Virus record (IMG/VR): IMGVR_UViG_3300030685_000017
Coordinates: 1 to 64,000 of that record
DNA: 64,000 bases
From: a virus
Strand: one strand, 5' to 3'
Shown here in pieces: positions 30,721 through 43,045 of the stretch. A program made the position numbers and the translations under genes. Each line of letters starts with the position of its first letter. The first letter of the stretch is position 1. The notes below the pieces were generated by a model, which was not told the DNA's origin, ran no database searches, and was given only the letters and a program-made list of their open reading frames with translations.

Positions 30721-33098
30721 ATGATATTAAATGTAAATGGATTAACAAAAGAACAAATTTCTTTATTAGAAAGTCAATGTGATAAGTATAAAGCAGAGAA
30801 TGCTAAAACTAAATTTCAGATTGATTATACAAATGGATATGTGGCAACATCACCAACTTATACAAGTGGATTAACTTCAAATATTACAGATAAAACACAG
30901 ATCGATACACTTGGATTATTGGGATTATATCGTGATACAAAAGTAGATTTAGATAAAGTATTAACTAAAATAAAAATTCACGAACAATTAAGACGTTGGA
31001 GTTTACTGTGTAGTGATAAAATTGATTGGACTAATGGAGATCAATTAAAATTTTATATATGTAAAGTTTATCAGGGAGTAAATACTCATGTGGAAATAGT
31101 TTATTCACAAGTGAACGCCGGTAATCATATTTATTTTACTGATAAAGATGTTCTAGTGAGAGCAATACAATCTATTGGTGAACAAAATTTGTTTGATAAT
31201 TATTTTATTCAACTATGAGAATACAAGATATTAAAATTGGAGAATGGTATAGACTTCAAAATACAAGTGGAGAATTTTGTAAATATTATGGATGGGTTAA
31301 AGTGTTGGAAATTTATAAAAAGAATGATTACAATAATCCTCTAAGAAATAAAAAGTCAGTAGTTAAATGTAAACATGTTATTAATAAACGAAATACCGCT
31401 GGATTTATTAGATACTTTAACCCAAAAGAATTAGTAGGTACTAAAGGAGAATAAAATGGATATATATTATTTGAAAGTTAATACACAAAAAGAGTCAGGA
31501 AAAAATTTCTTGGCTCTTTACGGAATAACAGAAAAAGATTTATTTGATAGAAGATACAGGGTAGAACATAGTATATGTGTTACTGTATATGAAGATAGAC
31601 ATACGTTTTATATAACCGCCCCTTGGGGATACGGTGATAGACTAGTTTCCAGAATTATGGAAAATTCTAATGAAGATTTAAGTGAAGTATTATTTGGTTG
31701 GAATATTAATGAAACATATCATGTTAATGGACTTGGTAGTATGGAAGAAAGAGAAGATATAGATGGAAAAAAATGGCTTGAATGGACACAAATTAATATA
31801 GGAACGATTTATAATAAAGATTGAATATAAAAGGAGAAGTAAATGATAAAAGCATATTCTCGTGGATGGGAAATATACTATGATGGAAATAATTGGAGAT
31901 ATACAGATACAAATAAAATTGATAATGATTTAAGATCATGTAAAAATTGTGGTAAATTTACAACAAAAGAAGGATATGATGCTTGTATAGGATATATTGA
32001 TGGAGCAAAATCTGCATGTTGTGGTCATGGAGTTAAAAAGAGTTATATAATTTATTAAAAAAATTTTGAATTAAAAGGAGAAATAAATAAATGAAAACGA
32101 TTTTATATATTTATTTAGGGATTAGCATATTAACATTTATTATGTGTACTTTAGAAGATATAAGTGCAATCCACAGAGCTAAGAGTATTCTAATTAAAAG
32201 GGGTAAATCAGATATTGCTGGAGTAATTCAAACATTTATTAAATTAACGATTATGAGTTTTATTCCGATATTAAACTTAATATTATTAATTACTTTAGTA
32301 TTTGCAGGAGATAAAATAGATAATGAAATTGATAAAATGATTAATGAAGCAAATAAAAATATGGGAGAGGAATAAATGAAAGAAATTAATAAAGCGGAAG
32401 AATTAAAAATTTTGGTATATGATATTGCAAATCAGTTAGAAAATGCAAGACTAAAAATATATCAAACAGAAAAATGTTCATGGGAAGAATTGGGTCAAGA
32501 AATAGATGATAAATTATTTAGTCTTCAAAGTCAGATTAGAAATATATCAGAAGAAATAGGATGGATGGATTTTAAAGTAGATAATATAAATTAAAGGAGA
32601 GAAAATGAATCATAAAAATAGATATTGGGAAATTGGTCAAAAGGAAGATGGAACATTAGTAGGTAAATTATATTTAATAGATAATAATAGTAAAAGATTA
32701 TTATTGAATTTTTGGCAAGATAAAGAAAATAGATCATATTATTATTATGAATCAAAAGAATTTAATTGTGAAGAATTTATTACAGTAAATTCATTAAGAG
32801 AAGCTAAAGAGAAATTTGAAGAGTATGTTATGTTGTGGATAGCTCTTGAAATAGATCATTGGGAAATAATGAAAGAACAATTTAATGAAGAGGAAACGGA
32901 ATAAATCAAATGAATAATAAAATATTTGCTGTAGATATGGATTTAGAACAATTATTAAATAGCATTGGAATAAAAATAAAATATTTTAATATATTTAAAA
33001 AATCAACATATAAAATTTTAAAAGAAATATCTAAAAAATGGAAATATTTAGATAAAGATATTAAAGACGAAATTACAAAATTAATAATGGAAGATTGA
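30721..33098 (+). CDS. run of eight small hypothetical genes (30721, 31215, 31456, 31843, 32091, 32376, 32605, 32910)
   Basis: Tightly packed ORFs with GGAG-type RBS; 32091 has two TM segments and 31843 is Cys-rich. Confidence 0.75.
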
Positions 33099-33117
33099 TA
33101 TTAATAAGGAAAAGATT

Positions 33118-33411
33118 ATGATCATAGAAAATATGGAAAAAGTTATTAGAGAATGCATTGAAAGATATGGCGAAGATAAAAAATCATGTATGGCTACGGA
33201 AGAATGCGCTGAACTAATACAGGCAATAAATAAAGTAAAACGAAAAATTAAAGAAAATAAAGAAGCAATAGATAATTTAATAGAAGAAATTAGTGACGTG
33301 GAAATAATGATAGAACAATTAAAAATTATGTATGGAATAGATGATGGAAAAATAAATCAAATGATGATGGAAAAGTTAGAGAGACAATTGGATAGAATGT
33401 TAAAAGAATGA
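33118..33411 (+). CDS. MazG-like nucleotide pyrophosphohydrolase
   Basis: EECAELIQA...LIEEISDV (ExxE...ExxD) motif. Confidence 0.85.
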   Translation: MIIENMEKVIRECIERYGEDKKSCMATEECAELIQAINKVKRKIKENKEAIDNLIEEISDVEIMIEQLKIMYGIDDGKINQMMMEKLERQLDRMLKE

Positions 33412-33820
33412 TAAATGGATTTACAAATGGAATATAAATGGAATATAAATAGAATGATAGACTTATCTTGGTTCGGTGACGAACTAGGGTAGGTCTTTTT
33501 TAGGTGAGTAAAGGGAAGAATAAGGGTTAAATGGATCAAAATGGAACGATAGGTGGGTTAGTGGAGAAGTATGGGTTGAAGATAAATAAAAGAAAATAGG
33601 GGATGTGAACGTGGATATAAGTTAATAGAAAATGTGAGAGGGTGGAAAAATAGAGTCGATGTGCACGTATGACTGGTTATAGGCTTTGCCAATAAAAAAA
33701 TGACATTCCAGTTTTTTCTACCCCCTATATGTGACTACAAACAATAATAATTGTTTTTCGTCATAAGCTCAAGAATGGCGTATTTACGTTGTGGTAGTTT
33801 TATAGAATTTCATTTTTTCC

Positions 33821-33848
33821 TTTACAAAGGTTTTGTATATGTTACTAT
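33821..33848 (+). promoter_or_regulatory. candidate sigmaA early promoter
   Basis: TTTACA-16 bp-TACTAT with TG, upstream of a long structured leader. Confidence 0.5.
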
Positions 33849-34370
33849 GAATGAGTACTAAAGGTTTTGTAGCAAAAAAGTTTTTACATTGCAAAACGCG
33901 ACACACTGTCTTGTGGTCATACCACGTACATCATATGTCGCTATCCACCCATATAAGACCGATAGTCACTCATGCCGTGGTCATACCACGGCGATCATCA
34001 GACCAGACAGGTGACAAGGTACAGCGTACCCACTCTATACCCATCAGAGCGTCGGCAACACCCTGACAAACAGCATAACTTATTATATTTGCCTACTGGC
34101 AATAGCGACTTGTCCGACAAGCGTACGTTGACCAGACCACCTACGATAAGCTAACCTACTCGCTCATACATCCGCACTCCTTGTAAGTGAAGTGTAACCA
34201 GTCCATGCTGTCGCATAAAGCACAGCAGACGACGGTTTTAATCATAGATGGGGTGACTATCACAGGTCACCTTATCACTCTGGATTGTTCGGCCAACTTG
34301 TAATAGCACAAGCGTTCGAGCATATCCGATTTTTAGTCTGGCATTGACCAGACGGAAAGACAGGTTTTAT

Positions 34371-35300
34371 ATGTCAAAATCTAAACAGTCCACACTTGCA
34401 CCCATTTCAAAACTTGTTGTACCTGTTTCTGTACCGCAGTCAGATAAGCCAATTTCTGCTGATGCACAGGACAAACTTGTTACACCTGTTACACCTGTTC
34501 CAAAAGACAAAACATCCGGACGTTTTAATGTGTCTCTTTTTCAATCTGCTTTTAAAGCTCACCAGTTCGAACAACTGGTTGATTATTCGCTGCTGACATC
34601 AAAGCATATCTCACTGTCAGCCGGTATTGAAAAGTCAATCGCTAACGGTAACAAAATACAAGAAGTCGAGTTACGTCAGCAGTTACACGATCTGGAGACG
34701 TCCGATCTGTATATTAAGATTGTCACGGAAGCCAATAAGGCATTTTTTGATACTCTATCATCGGTTGACATCGAATTGATCAATCTGTACAACGATCGTT
34801 TGAATGTAGGTTTCCACGAACTCTGGCAAGCGTCTTGTTATGCCAAACCCGTAAAGTCACTCATTAAGAAGTTGACTTCTCATATTGGCAGACTGACGGC
34901 GCAGTCCGAGTATTTCAACCCACGTTTTGTAGCACCAATTACAACCTTTTCTATTGGCGCTACTGCCATGAAGTCAGTCGATGAGGTGTTCTTTGCCCTT
35001 GCTGTTAAGGGTTTCACACCTAATGGTAAACTCTCATCATTGCCGGAAAAAGGGTTTATGAGACAGGTATCAAGGTATCTCACATTGACCATTGCGACTT
35101 CATCTGCCTTTATCGACCAAAAGTCGATGAACGATCCCGAGCCAATCACCATTCCGTCAGATTATAAGTACGGAAAGTCTCTTAAAATTGAAGAAAAAGA
35201 AATTCCTCTGACCGATGCACAGTCTACAGTTGTTCAAGACTCTGTGCCGACTCCGTCTCCGGAAGAAACAAAACCAGAAGAAACGACGGCAGTAGCTTAA
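34371..35300 (+). CDS. hypothetical protein (GC-richer; first gene after the composition switch)
   Basis: ATG at 34371; disordered Pro/Thr-rich termini; ends in ...TTAVA. Confidence 0.8.
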   Translation: MSKSKQSTLAPISKLVVPVSVPQSDKPISADAQDKLVTPVTPVPKDKTSGRFNVSLFQSAFKAHQFEQLVDYSLLTSKHISLSAGIEKSIANGNKIQEVELRQQLHDLETSDLYIKIVTEANKAFFDTLSSVDIELINLYNDRLNVGFHELWQASCYAKPVKSLIKKLTSHIGRLTAQSEYFNPRFVAPITTFSIGATAMKSVDEVFFALAVKGFTPNGKLSSLPEKGFMRQVSRYLTLTIATSSAFIDQKSMNDPEPITIPSDYKYGKSLKIEEKEIPLTDAQSTVVQDSVPTPSPEETKPEETTAVA

Positions 35301-35319
35301 TATCTTATATTTTATGTCT

Positions 35320-35356
35320 TAGGGCGGATAACCATCAAAAGTTATCTGTCCTTTTG
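35320..35356 (+). terminator. intrinsic terminator
   Basis: AGGGCGGATAAC/GTTATCTGTCCT stem followed by TTTT. Confidence 0.75.
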
Positions 35357-35480
35357 CGTGAACTTTTTCATTGAGGTTTTTCATACCGCATCTCTTAAGT
35401 AAAAACCTACAACTTTTTGTTTTAACAATACGTTTATGCCATTTCAACGTGTTCTCTTTGAGCACCAGAATAGGAGGATT

Positions 35481-37390
35481 ATGATTCAAAATTCAAAGGG
35501 TAGAGAATGTTTGACTCTTGCTTTATGTGAGAGCAGACACGCATATCCAGAATGGATAACAGGCTCGATATTTCCAGAAAAGATACTCGATCCTACAGAC
35601 ATTTCAGAAAAGGATGAATTTTATCCCCTATTACACGAAGGGGGATATATGTAATGAAAATTGAAGAAAAGACCGAAAATGGTCTGGTAACATCTACTGT
35701 TTACACGGGCACAGCTACAGAAATCCGTGAATTGTATGAAATGATTGAAGCTGAAATTATGAATCATCATTCATATTTACGCATGTATTTGAGACACGCA
35801 CCTAAATTTTTTCAGAAAAAATTATATTGGCTATCAATTGATTCCGGTTCAATTCATATCGGAACAAGAGGTATAGATTTTACTAGTAAATTAGTACTTA
35901 ACACGAAACATGGTCATGTCTATGAATACATGCATTTTGTATTTCCTGATTCATTTTTACTTCTTAGACGTAGCAACGAGTATGAATATCGTATTGTTGA
36001 TAATGCGATACAGTTCAGACGTTTACACACGTCATTTCCATTCATAGTAGATACTTTATTTATGGAACGGTTGTTAAAAATAGACAGCGTGAAAGTGAGA
36101 TTAATATGAGTATGCGTAAATATAACGTTTGTAAAGCTTTCGGCTTTATCATTGAGGATTTTAAAATTCCTTATGGGAGTATTTTTGGACGTGATAACTA
36201 TGGTCTGTACGTTTTCACACGTCCGTCTTATATAAATAAACAGGGTGAACTTCCTGTTTACCGTTTATATCCGTCAGAAGGATGGCAGTGTAATATTGAG
36301 TCCACTCCTACTACATGGCACATTATTGACCATTATCAGACTTTGTGCCTGTCTATGCGTAGTGGTTTTCGTGATCCACGCACAACACTTGCTAAAAAAA
36401 TGTTACAGGCTGATCAACAAATTCATCAGATCGCCATGTGTTGTAAGCGTAAAGAACCACAGAAATATAACACACGTGGTCAATTCGGCTATATGGTGAA
36501 CCCTTTTATAGGGATAGAAAGCGATAAACCGTCACAGATTGATTTGTTTTTAATGGCACATAAGAAAGTACCTAACAACTTAAAACGCGAGAAATAAGCC
36601 AATTAAACAGTAAATAATATACAAGAAACACAGCCTAAACACTGTGTTTTTTTGTGTGCAATGAAATGAGGTAAAATAATGAAATGTCCCTATAGACGTT
36701 TTGAAAATGGAGAGTTTAAAAACTGCATTGGAAAAGAATGTCCGGCAGTAATTGCTGAATCTCATACTGAAAAAGTATTTGAGTATGACAAAACAGAATA
36801 TAGTGGGAATTCATACCATCCATATAATATGATAGAAAGAGAGAAAATCATAACAACTATCATAGGATGCAAATATACTAATTCAGGAATTGCACCCACC
36901 ACACAACAAGATATAATAAAAGTATCTCAAAATGTTGGTGTAACAACGGTTCACAGAGGATTATTTTAACCAAAAGGAGAAAATATAAAAGTTTATATAA
37001 ACTTTGAATATGATCGTTATGATCACAAGTATATTGTAAATGCAACATCCAATGCAGAAGAAGCTAGAATATTTTCTGATATTAATCAAACAGAATTATA
37101 TGAAGATGCATCAAAATTATAAAAGTCAATATTGTTATTGCAACTTTTCAGATGAAATGTGTCATATCTCATTCAATCTTTCTCTTTTAACATCGGAATA
37201 TGATAGCAAAAAAGCAGAAAGCGAATTACAAGATAAATTCAGTTCTATAATTACGCTTGTAGAAAAATTAATTTCTACTAAGCATACAGTAAAAGAAATT
37301 AATAAAACTCTTTCAGAACTTTATCCGAGTATTAAGTATTGTCCTGATGGAATACAGTTGCATGAAGAAGAAGTAATAGATCCATCTTAA
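35481..37390 (+). CDS. hypothetical genes (35481, 35654, 36106, 36679, about 37040)
   Basis: Coupled ORFs, most with RBS-like sequences; no recognisable family. Confidence 0.65.
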
Positions 37391-37487
37391 CAAAATTTGA
37401 TCTGGCACTATACACATCAGACATGAAATATCAGTTAAAATTAGGAATAAAAGGTAAATAATCCTTAAGATTATGGGAGGAATTATT

Positions 37488-38366
37488 ATGTGTGAATTTA
37501 TATCGGGTATTATCTTTAAATCAAAAATTGTATTATGTGATAGAAATAATTCACATTCAGATTTACTTGAGCAATTAGATATTGAAGATACTACAGAAAC
37601 AGCTCGTACATTATTTGTACGAGCTGAACTTATGCCATGTGAGGATGTTAGTGACGAGAGATATGATTCTTCTCTTTTCTCTCATATAAATCGATGGGAA
37701 TTTAATGTAGATCAGGATATCTTACCAGATTGGTTTACAGAAGATCCAGAGAAATATGAAACAGAATTCCGTGACAAAGTTAAAGAGTGGATATCAACTC
37801 ACGTATTCATAAATAAAAAAATGGATGTAAACTTATGTTCAAATAGTATATATCTTATTTATGGAGATTCAGAGTTGACTTCTTCTAATCATTTTTCAAA
37901 TTGCAGTATATATATGTATAATACTTCAATTTTTCATGCAAATTGTCACAATTGTACTTTTATCCTGAATGATAAAGCACAATTAAATAATGTTTGCCGG
38001 AATAGCAGTATTTATATGTATGGTAAATCTCAATGTTCTTGCGAAGATAGTACGGTTTATGTAGATCATAAAGCAGTAGTGACAGCCACCGGAAAAAGTC
38101 ATGTATATATACATTCTCCACAAGTAATAATTAATGCTTATAATTTTACTATTGTTCATGCTGTTAGTAAATATCCTACATTTATTGGTAAACAAAAGCC
38201 TAAAATTAATGCTCATCAATATGCGGTTATTTTATCAAACTACGCAAAAAAATATTTTCAGTTATCTTTATACGATGCCGCTATATTTATTGATGTTAAG
38301 AAGCAAACTGAAAAGAATATGAAAGCAAATGTATTAAAGCAGGAAGGAAAATATTCATGGCAATAG
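37488..38366 (+). CDS. hypothetical protein with a beta-helix-like C-terminus
   Basis: MCEFISG...FVRAEL...VDQDILPDW, followed by repetitive beta segments. Confidence 0.75.
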   Translation: MCEFISGIIFKSKIVLCDRNNSHSDLLEQLDIEDTTETARTLFVRAELMPCEDVSDERYDSSLFSHINRWEFNVDQDILPDWFTEDPEKYETEFRDKVKEWISTHVFINKKMDVNLCSNSIYLIYGDSELTSSNHFSNCSIYMYNTSIFHANCHNCTFILNDKAQLNNVCRNSSIYMYGKSQCSCEDSTVYVDHKAVVTATGKSHVYIHSPQVIINAYNFTIVHAVSKYPTFIGKQKPKINAHQYAVILSNYAKKYFQLSLYDAAIFIDVKKQTEKNMKANVLKQEGKYSWQ

Positions 38367-38923
38367 TAGGACTTATAAAGGAATCAGGCGAAATAATTCT
38401 TGATGAAGAAACAAAAACAGGTTATTTTATGTCGGATTTTACTAGCATTGGATTTATTTATGGTAATGGTAAATATGATTTTTTGGGAAGATATGACTGG
38501 GAAGATAAAGAAACAATAAAAAGTTTCCCTCACACTGTTATCAATAAAATATTTGTAGAAAATTCGAAAGAAGTGATAGAAACAACTTACGTACAAGCAG
38601 AATTAGATATGGGATTTTTATCACATAGTATAACTTTGAATTGGGGTAAACCTGTTTCATCATGGAAATTCCAAGTATGCTATACACAAGATATAGTACC
38701 AGATTGGTACTTGCAACAACCGGCTTTCTATGAAAATAAATTCAGAGAAGCTGTGCAAGGATGGGTTGATCGGCATGTTATTTTTAATCAGCCAGATTTC
38801 AAAATAATAAAACCCGAATATTATATACCTTGGGGTACTACCACAATTTCTGATTTTCCAGCAGGAACTACAATATATGGTAATGGTGCAGATTATATTT
38901 TTGATAAAGGTTTACACGAATAA
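38357..38923 (+). CDS. paralog of the 37488 N-terminal domain
   Basis: YVQAEL...QDIVPDWY...YENKFREAVQGWVDRHV aligns with the upstream gene. Confidence 0.75.
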   Translation: MAIVGLIKESGEIILDEETKTGYFMSDFTSIGFIYGNGKYDFLGRYDWEDKETIKSFPHTVINKIFVENSKEVIETTYVQAELDMGFLSHSITLNWGKPVSSWKFQVCYTQDIVPDWYLQQPAFYENKFREAVQGWVDRHVIFNQPDFKIIKPEYYIPWGTTTISDFPAGTTIYGNGADYIFDKGLHE

Positions 38924-38945
38924 ATAAAAGAAAGGTTATTTTATC

Positions 38946-39107
38946 ATGCAGAATTGTAAAAATTGTTCTGATCGTCACTTAAGTTGTCATTCAACCTGTT
39001 CTGTTTATTTAGATTTTCGCAAGAGAAAAGATGCTGAAAACAAGAAGAAAAAAATTGAAAATGAACAAAATTTTCTGTGTTCTTGTTATCACCCTCTTAT
39101 CGTATAA
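38946..39107 (+). CDS. small Cys-rich protein
   Basis: MQNCKNCSDRHLSCHSTCSVY, with a GAAAGG RBS. Confidence 0.65.
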   Translation: MQNCKNCSDRHLSCHSTCSVYLDFRKRKDAENKKKKIENEQNFLCSCYHPLIV

Positions 39108-39690
39108 TTAAGAAAGGAAGAACTGTGAAAAATTTTATACAAAAATATATAGAACAAAAACAGAATATCGTAAATATCATGGTAAACATTACAAGGTAGG
39201 ATAAGGAAATAACAAGTTTAAGAAATGAAATTTATTACTTAAAACATCCAATTGGAGAAATAGTATTTAATTTTGGAAATTTTTCTCCGGAAACACCATC
39301 AAAAGATACATATTTTATTGTATCTTATCTTTATAAAGGTACATTTTACAAATTATGTACCGCAAAGAAACGGCATAAAAATTATACAATTGAAAGAAAA
39401 GAAGATCAGGCGTTCATTACCATTGGTAAAAAATTTTTTATTGTAGCTAATGGATGTGTTTTTAAATCAGATAAAAATTGGAATTTTAAATGATATTTTA
39501 ATGGTCGTCCTGTGGCGATATGATATGAAAGGAAATTAAATGATTAATAAATATATTGGATTTATACTCATAATTTTTTTATTAATTGTGACATCTGCTT
39601 TAAGTAGTATAATTCAAGGAAGACAGGAAAAAAGGGAAAAAAATATGTTTTTCCAAAACAAAAAATTCTTAGAAGTATGGAGGTTATTAA

Positions 39691-41298
39691 ATGTTACCAA
39701 AATTAAATGTTATAAAAATTAATAAAGGTATGTTAAAAGGATCTTACTTCGTTGACGAATGGGATGCTAAATCAGTCTATAAAGTGCATGACAAACCTCA
39801 TTGTACAACTGTAGTAGAAAAAAATAGTTGCTCTTTGATGGTTAAAGGTGATTACATTAATGATATTTTAAAATGTAATTATGATGATTTCTGGAAATGG
39901 TTTAAAGAGAGTGGTAAAATAATATATGTTTCTTGTAATGATCCGATACAAGCCGCTATTTTTTCATTTTTACTTGGTCAACATCAGCAAGATATAATAT
40001 CAGATTATGAAATAGATTTCACTGGTTTTACCCAGTGGGACAATGATTTTAAATTCATGTATTATACAAATGATGGAGATATTTTATTTAAAGCTTATTT
40101 AGATTTTCCTACTGATAGGGGTAAAGAATTTTCAGATATTTTTCTTTCTTCTCCTCCAGTATTAATAAAAAATTCTCCAAGTAATTTCTGGAATTTTTTC
40201 TTCCACAGTAAAATTGTCCAAGGTGTACATTGTAAAACAAAAAAAGAAGCAATAGAATTCTGTGAAATAGCGAACACTCTTGGACAGAAATGGGGTGATA
40301 GAACTGATTACTCAAAAGATATAACCCGTTGGGAAAATTATAAAAAGGGGACTTATTATTCCAATGATGGCAGATATGGTATAATAGATTATTTCAATGA
40401 AAATAATTATACCATTTATGAGTTTTCTGACATTGTCAGTCAAAAATCAGAAAGCACTACAGCTGTAATAGATACCAAACAAATAAAATCAGATATCAGC
40501 GCACAGAGCGCGGGAAAAGAAAAGGAAGGTAGAAATATGAAAAACAATCTTATGGAAAAAATGATGGAAAGCTTTATGCCGAAGCAGGTATCAGGAGATG
40601 AAGTTGCTTTGACAATGGACGGCAGGATTGCCGTAAAACGTGGGAATGGAGATTATGTGGTGTACAACACCGATACAAAAACAATTGAAAATCAGATGAA
40701 TTTGGTACTGAACGGCGAAGATATCTCAAAGCTGTGTTTCTTCATGCCTACACAGGTCTTGGTAATCGGCGATATTTACAAAGAAAATCAGACGTTCTAT
40801 TGTGTTACCGGTGATACTAACGGCATTGTAAAAACTGTAAATCTGTCAACTGGCAGGGGAGCAAGTTCCGTAAAAGAAACCAATGTAATCTTGGGGACGA
40901 AATTCTTCCAGAAAGTTACTTCTTTATTTAATATGACAAATGGTGCGGCAGGTGGAATGAACCCGATGATGATGGCTATGATGATGGACGGAGACTATTA
41001 TGAATCAGGTGAAAGCACTGACAGTATGTTTAAAATGATTGCTCTTTCACAAATGATGGGTCAGGGTGAAAACACTGGTATGGCGATTAATCCGATGATG
41101 ATGGCTATGATGATGGGTAAATCTTCCGGAGGTGATGGAGATATGATAAAAATGATGATGATGAGCCAGATGATGAGCGGTCAGGGTGTAAATCCTTTTC
41201 AGACCATGTTCGGTGCACAGACTCCGGTATCAGTAAAACCTGAAACCGAAAAGACGAGAAAGAAGTCAACGGAAACCGCAGTTGTAGATGAGAGGTAA
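39691..41298 (+). CDS. multi-domain protein: family-A domain plus Met-rich low-complexity C-terminal part
   Basis: VHCKTKKEAIEFC...YEFSDI domain; internal RBS and ATG at 40537; NPMMMAMMM repeats. Confidence 0.8.
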   Translation: MLPKLNVIKINKGMLKGSYFVDEWDAKSVYKVHDKPHCTTVVEKNSCSLMVKGDYINDILKCNYDDFWKWFKESGKIIYVSCNDPIQAAIFSFLLGQHQQDIISDYEIDFTGFTQWDNDFKFMYYTNDGDILFKAYLDFPTDRGKEFSDIFLSSPPVLIKNSPSNFWNFFFHSKIVQGVHCKTKKEAIEFCEIANTLGQKWGDRTDYSKDITRWENYKKGTYYSNDGRYGIIDYFNENNYTIYEFSDIVSQKSESTTAVIDTKQIKSDISAQSAGKEKEGRNMKNNLMEKMMESFMPKQVSGDEVALTMDGRIAVKRGNGDYVVYNTDTKTIENQMNLVLNGEDISKLCFFMPTQVLVIGDIYKENQTFYCVTGDTNGIVKTVNLSTGRGASSVKETNVILGTKFFQKVTSLFNMTNGAAGGMNPMMMAMMMDGDYYESGESTDSMFKMIALSQMMGQGENTGMAINPMMMAMMMGKSSGGDGDMIKMMMMSQMMSGQGVNPFQTMFGAQTPVSVKPETEKTRKKSTETAVVDER

Positions 41299-41303
41299 AT
41301 TAA

Positions 41304-41630
41304 ATGAAAAAAATGATATTTTCTTGGAAGAAGTTTTGTAATCATCGTTATAAAATGGGTGTTCATTGTAATACTTTGTCAGAAACAAAACAGTTTTGTG
41401 AATTATTAAATCGTCACGGATTAACATGGTGGACTGGTGATAGTTATTTAGAAGGTATTGAAGACAATTGGCAAAGATATAAAGATAGAGTAGTATTTAA
41501 TAATCAAGGAAGTGTAACCTGTTTAGAGAATCATCTTCCTAAAAGGATATATGAATTTTCTGAACTTATACCAGAAGATTTTAAATTTCAAACTGTACAA
41601 CAAAGAACTATGATAAGTCAGAAAGGATAA
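41304..41630 (+). CDS. family-A (VHCxT) protein with C-terminal FxT tag
   Basis: FSWKKF...VHCNT...HGLTW...YEFS; ends FQTVQQR. Confidence 0.85.
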   Translation: MKKMIFSWKKFCNHRYKMGVHCNTLSETKQFCELLNRHGLTWWTGDSYLEGIEDNWQRYKDRVVFNNQGSVTCLENHLPKRIYEFSELIPEDFKFQTVQQRTMISQKG

Positions 41631-41633
41631 AAT

Positions 41634-43023
41634 ATGAATAAAGTATCAGCAGAAATTGTTCAGCATAAAAATCGTCTTGAAGAAATTTTGGGTATGAAAA
41701 TTACTTTAAGTCAACTCTTTGCTATCCGCACTGGATGGAATGTCTTTTATGAAAATCCAGAAGTATACGGAGCTTCGTTAGTAACAGAAATGATTAAATT
41801 ATGTTTATCAAATCAGGAACAAAAGGAGTAAGAACATGAATAAAGATATGTGTTTAACTACTCAAGATCAATTTGTATTTGGGGAGTTGACAAAAGATGG
41901 AACAATTTTTGGTGATGAAATCACTCAACAGATTATTCCGGCTATACAAATAGTAGAAGATAGAATTAAAAGTTTTACTAATTCTGTCATTAATTTATTT
42001 ATTACAGAAAAAGAGTTTTATTCTTTCAATTTATCTGCTGTTATTATAGCATGTAAAGATTGTAATATACCATTAACTTTGTGGTATTATGATACAGTAA
42101 CTAATAACTATGTTTCAAAGGAGATTTTGTCATGACGCTTTCAATTTTCAATAAGAATGGTATTCGCAGAGAAAAACGCGAAGTAGCTTCAATTAAAGAA
42201 GCAAAGCAGATAAGGCATTCATATCTGCGTTTAGGATATCCGTGTCCTAAATTATTTGATGCCAATGGACAGGAAATTAAAGATTTCGCAATCTGTTGAT
42301 TGCAAGAAAGGGTAAATATGAAAGCTAAAATTGTTTCAACAATTTTGGTACTTGGTTTATGTATAGCAATACCAAATATGGTATCTGCTCATACTTCTGA
42401 ACGTTCCAGTTCTGTATTATATATTCATGGAACGTTTTATGATTACGGAGATATTTTTATCTCTGACTCTAGTGAAAAATGGAATATGACAGCCTTTGAT
42501 ATGCCGGAGTATTCATCAGGAACGACAGGAACGGTAGTATTTGACGGATATAATACATCATCTTTTAAAGATGATGATTTTATTACATCTTATCCTGATA
42601 ATTCTGTCTCTATTCCTTATCCTGCTGATTATATTCCCATAGAGGATATTGCAGAATATTCAGATGTTTCTGGTAATATTGTCCTTTACTTAAAGGATGT
42701 ATCATACAGAAATGATGATCCAAAAGACTTATCTTATTCAGAGATACTTAAAACAGTTAGCAAGCGGTAATCCGCTCACTATATAAAATTCAAAGTTAAA
42801 AGAAAGATTAAAGGTAATTAAAATGAAAAAAATCAAAGAGTTCGTAGACAGTTCAGAAGCGGTTCAGGTAACAGTAGCATTCCCGGAAATCGTTGGATCA
42901 GTAACAATACAGGAGATTGAACATCGTCCTACTCCAAAAGATCCACTGGTAAATTCAATCGGAAGAATGTTTAATTTCAAGGTTGATCACAGAACAGGTC
43001 AGGTATCTACAGCTCGTAGATAA
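41634..43023 (+). CDS. hypothetical genes (41634, 41836, 42132, 42318 with signal peptide, 42823)
   Basis: ORFs with RBS; 42318 has a Sec-type signal MKAKIVSTILVLGLCIAIPNMVSA. Confidence 0.7.
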
Positions 43024-43045
43024 ACGAGAGAGGGAGGATATTCAA

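Noticed and set aside
33851-34154. ORFs 33851-34066 and 33972-34154
   Set aside because: They have no RBS and atypical composition; the region is better explained as a structured non-coding leader.
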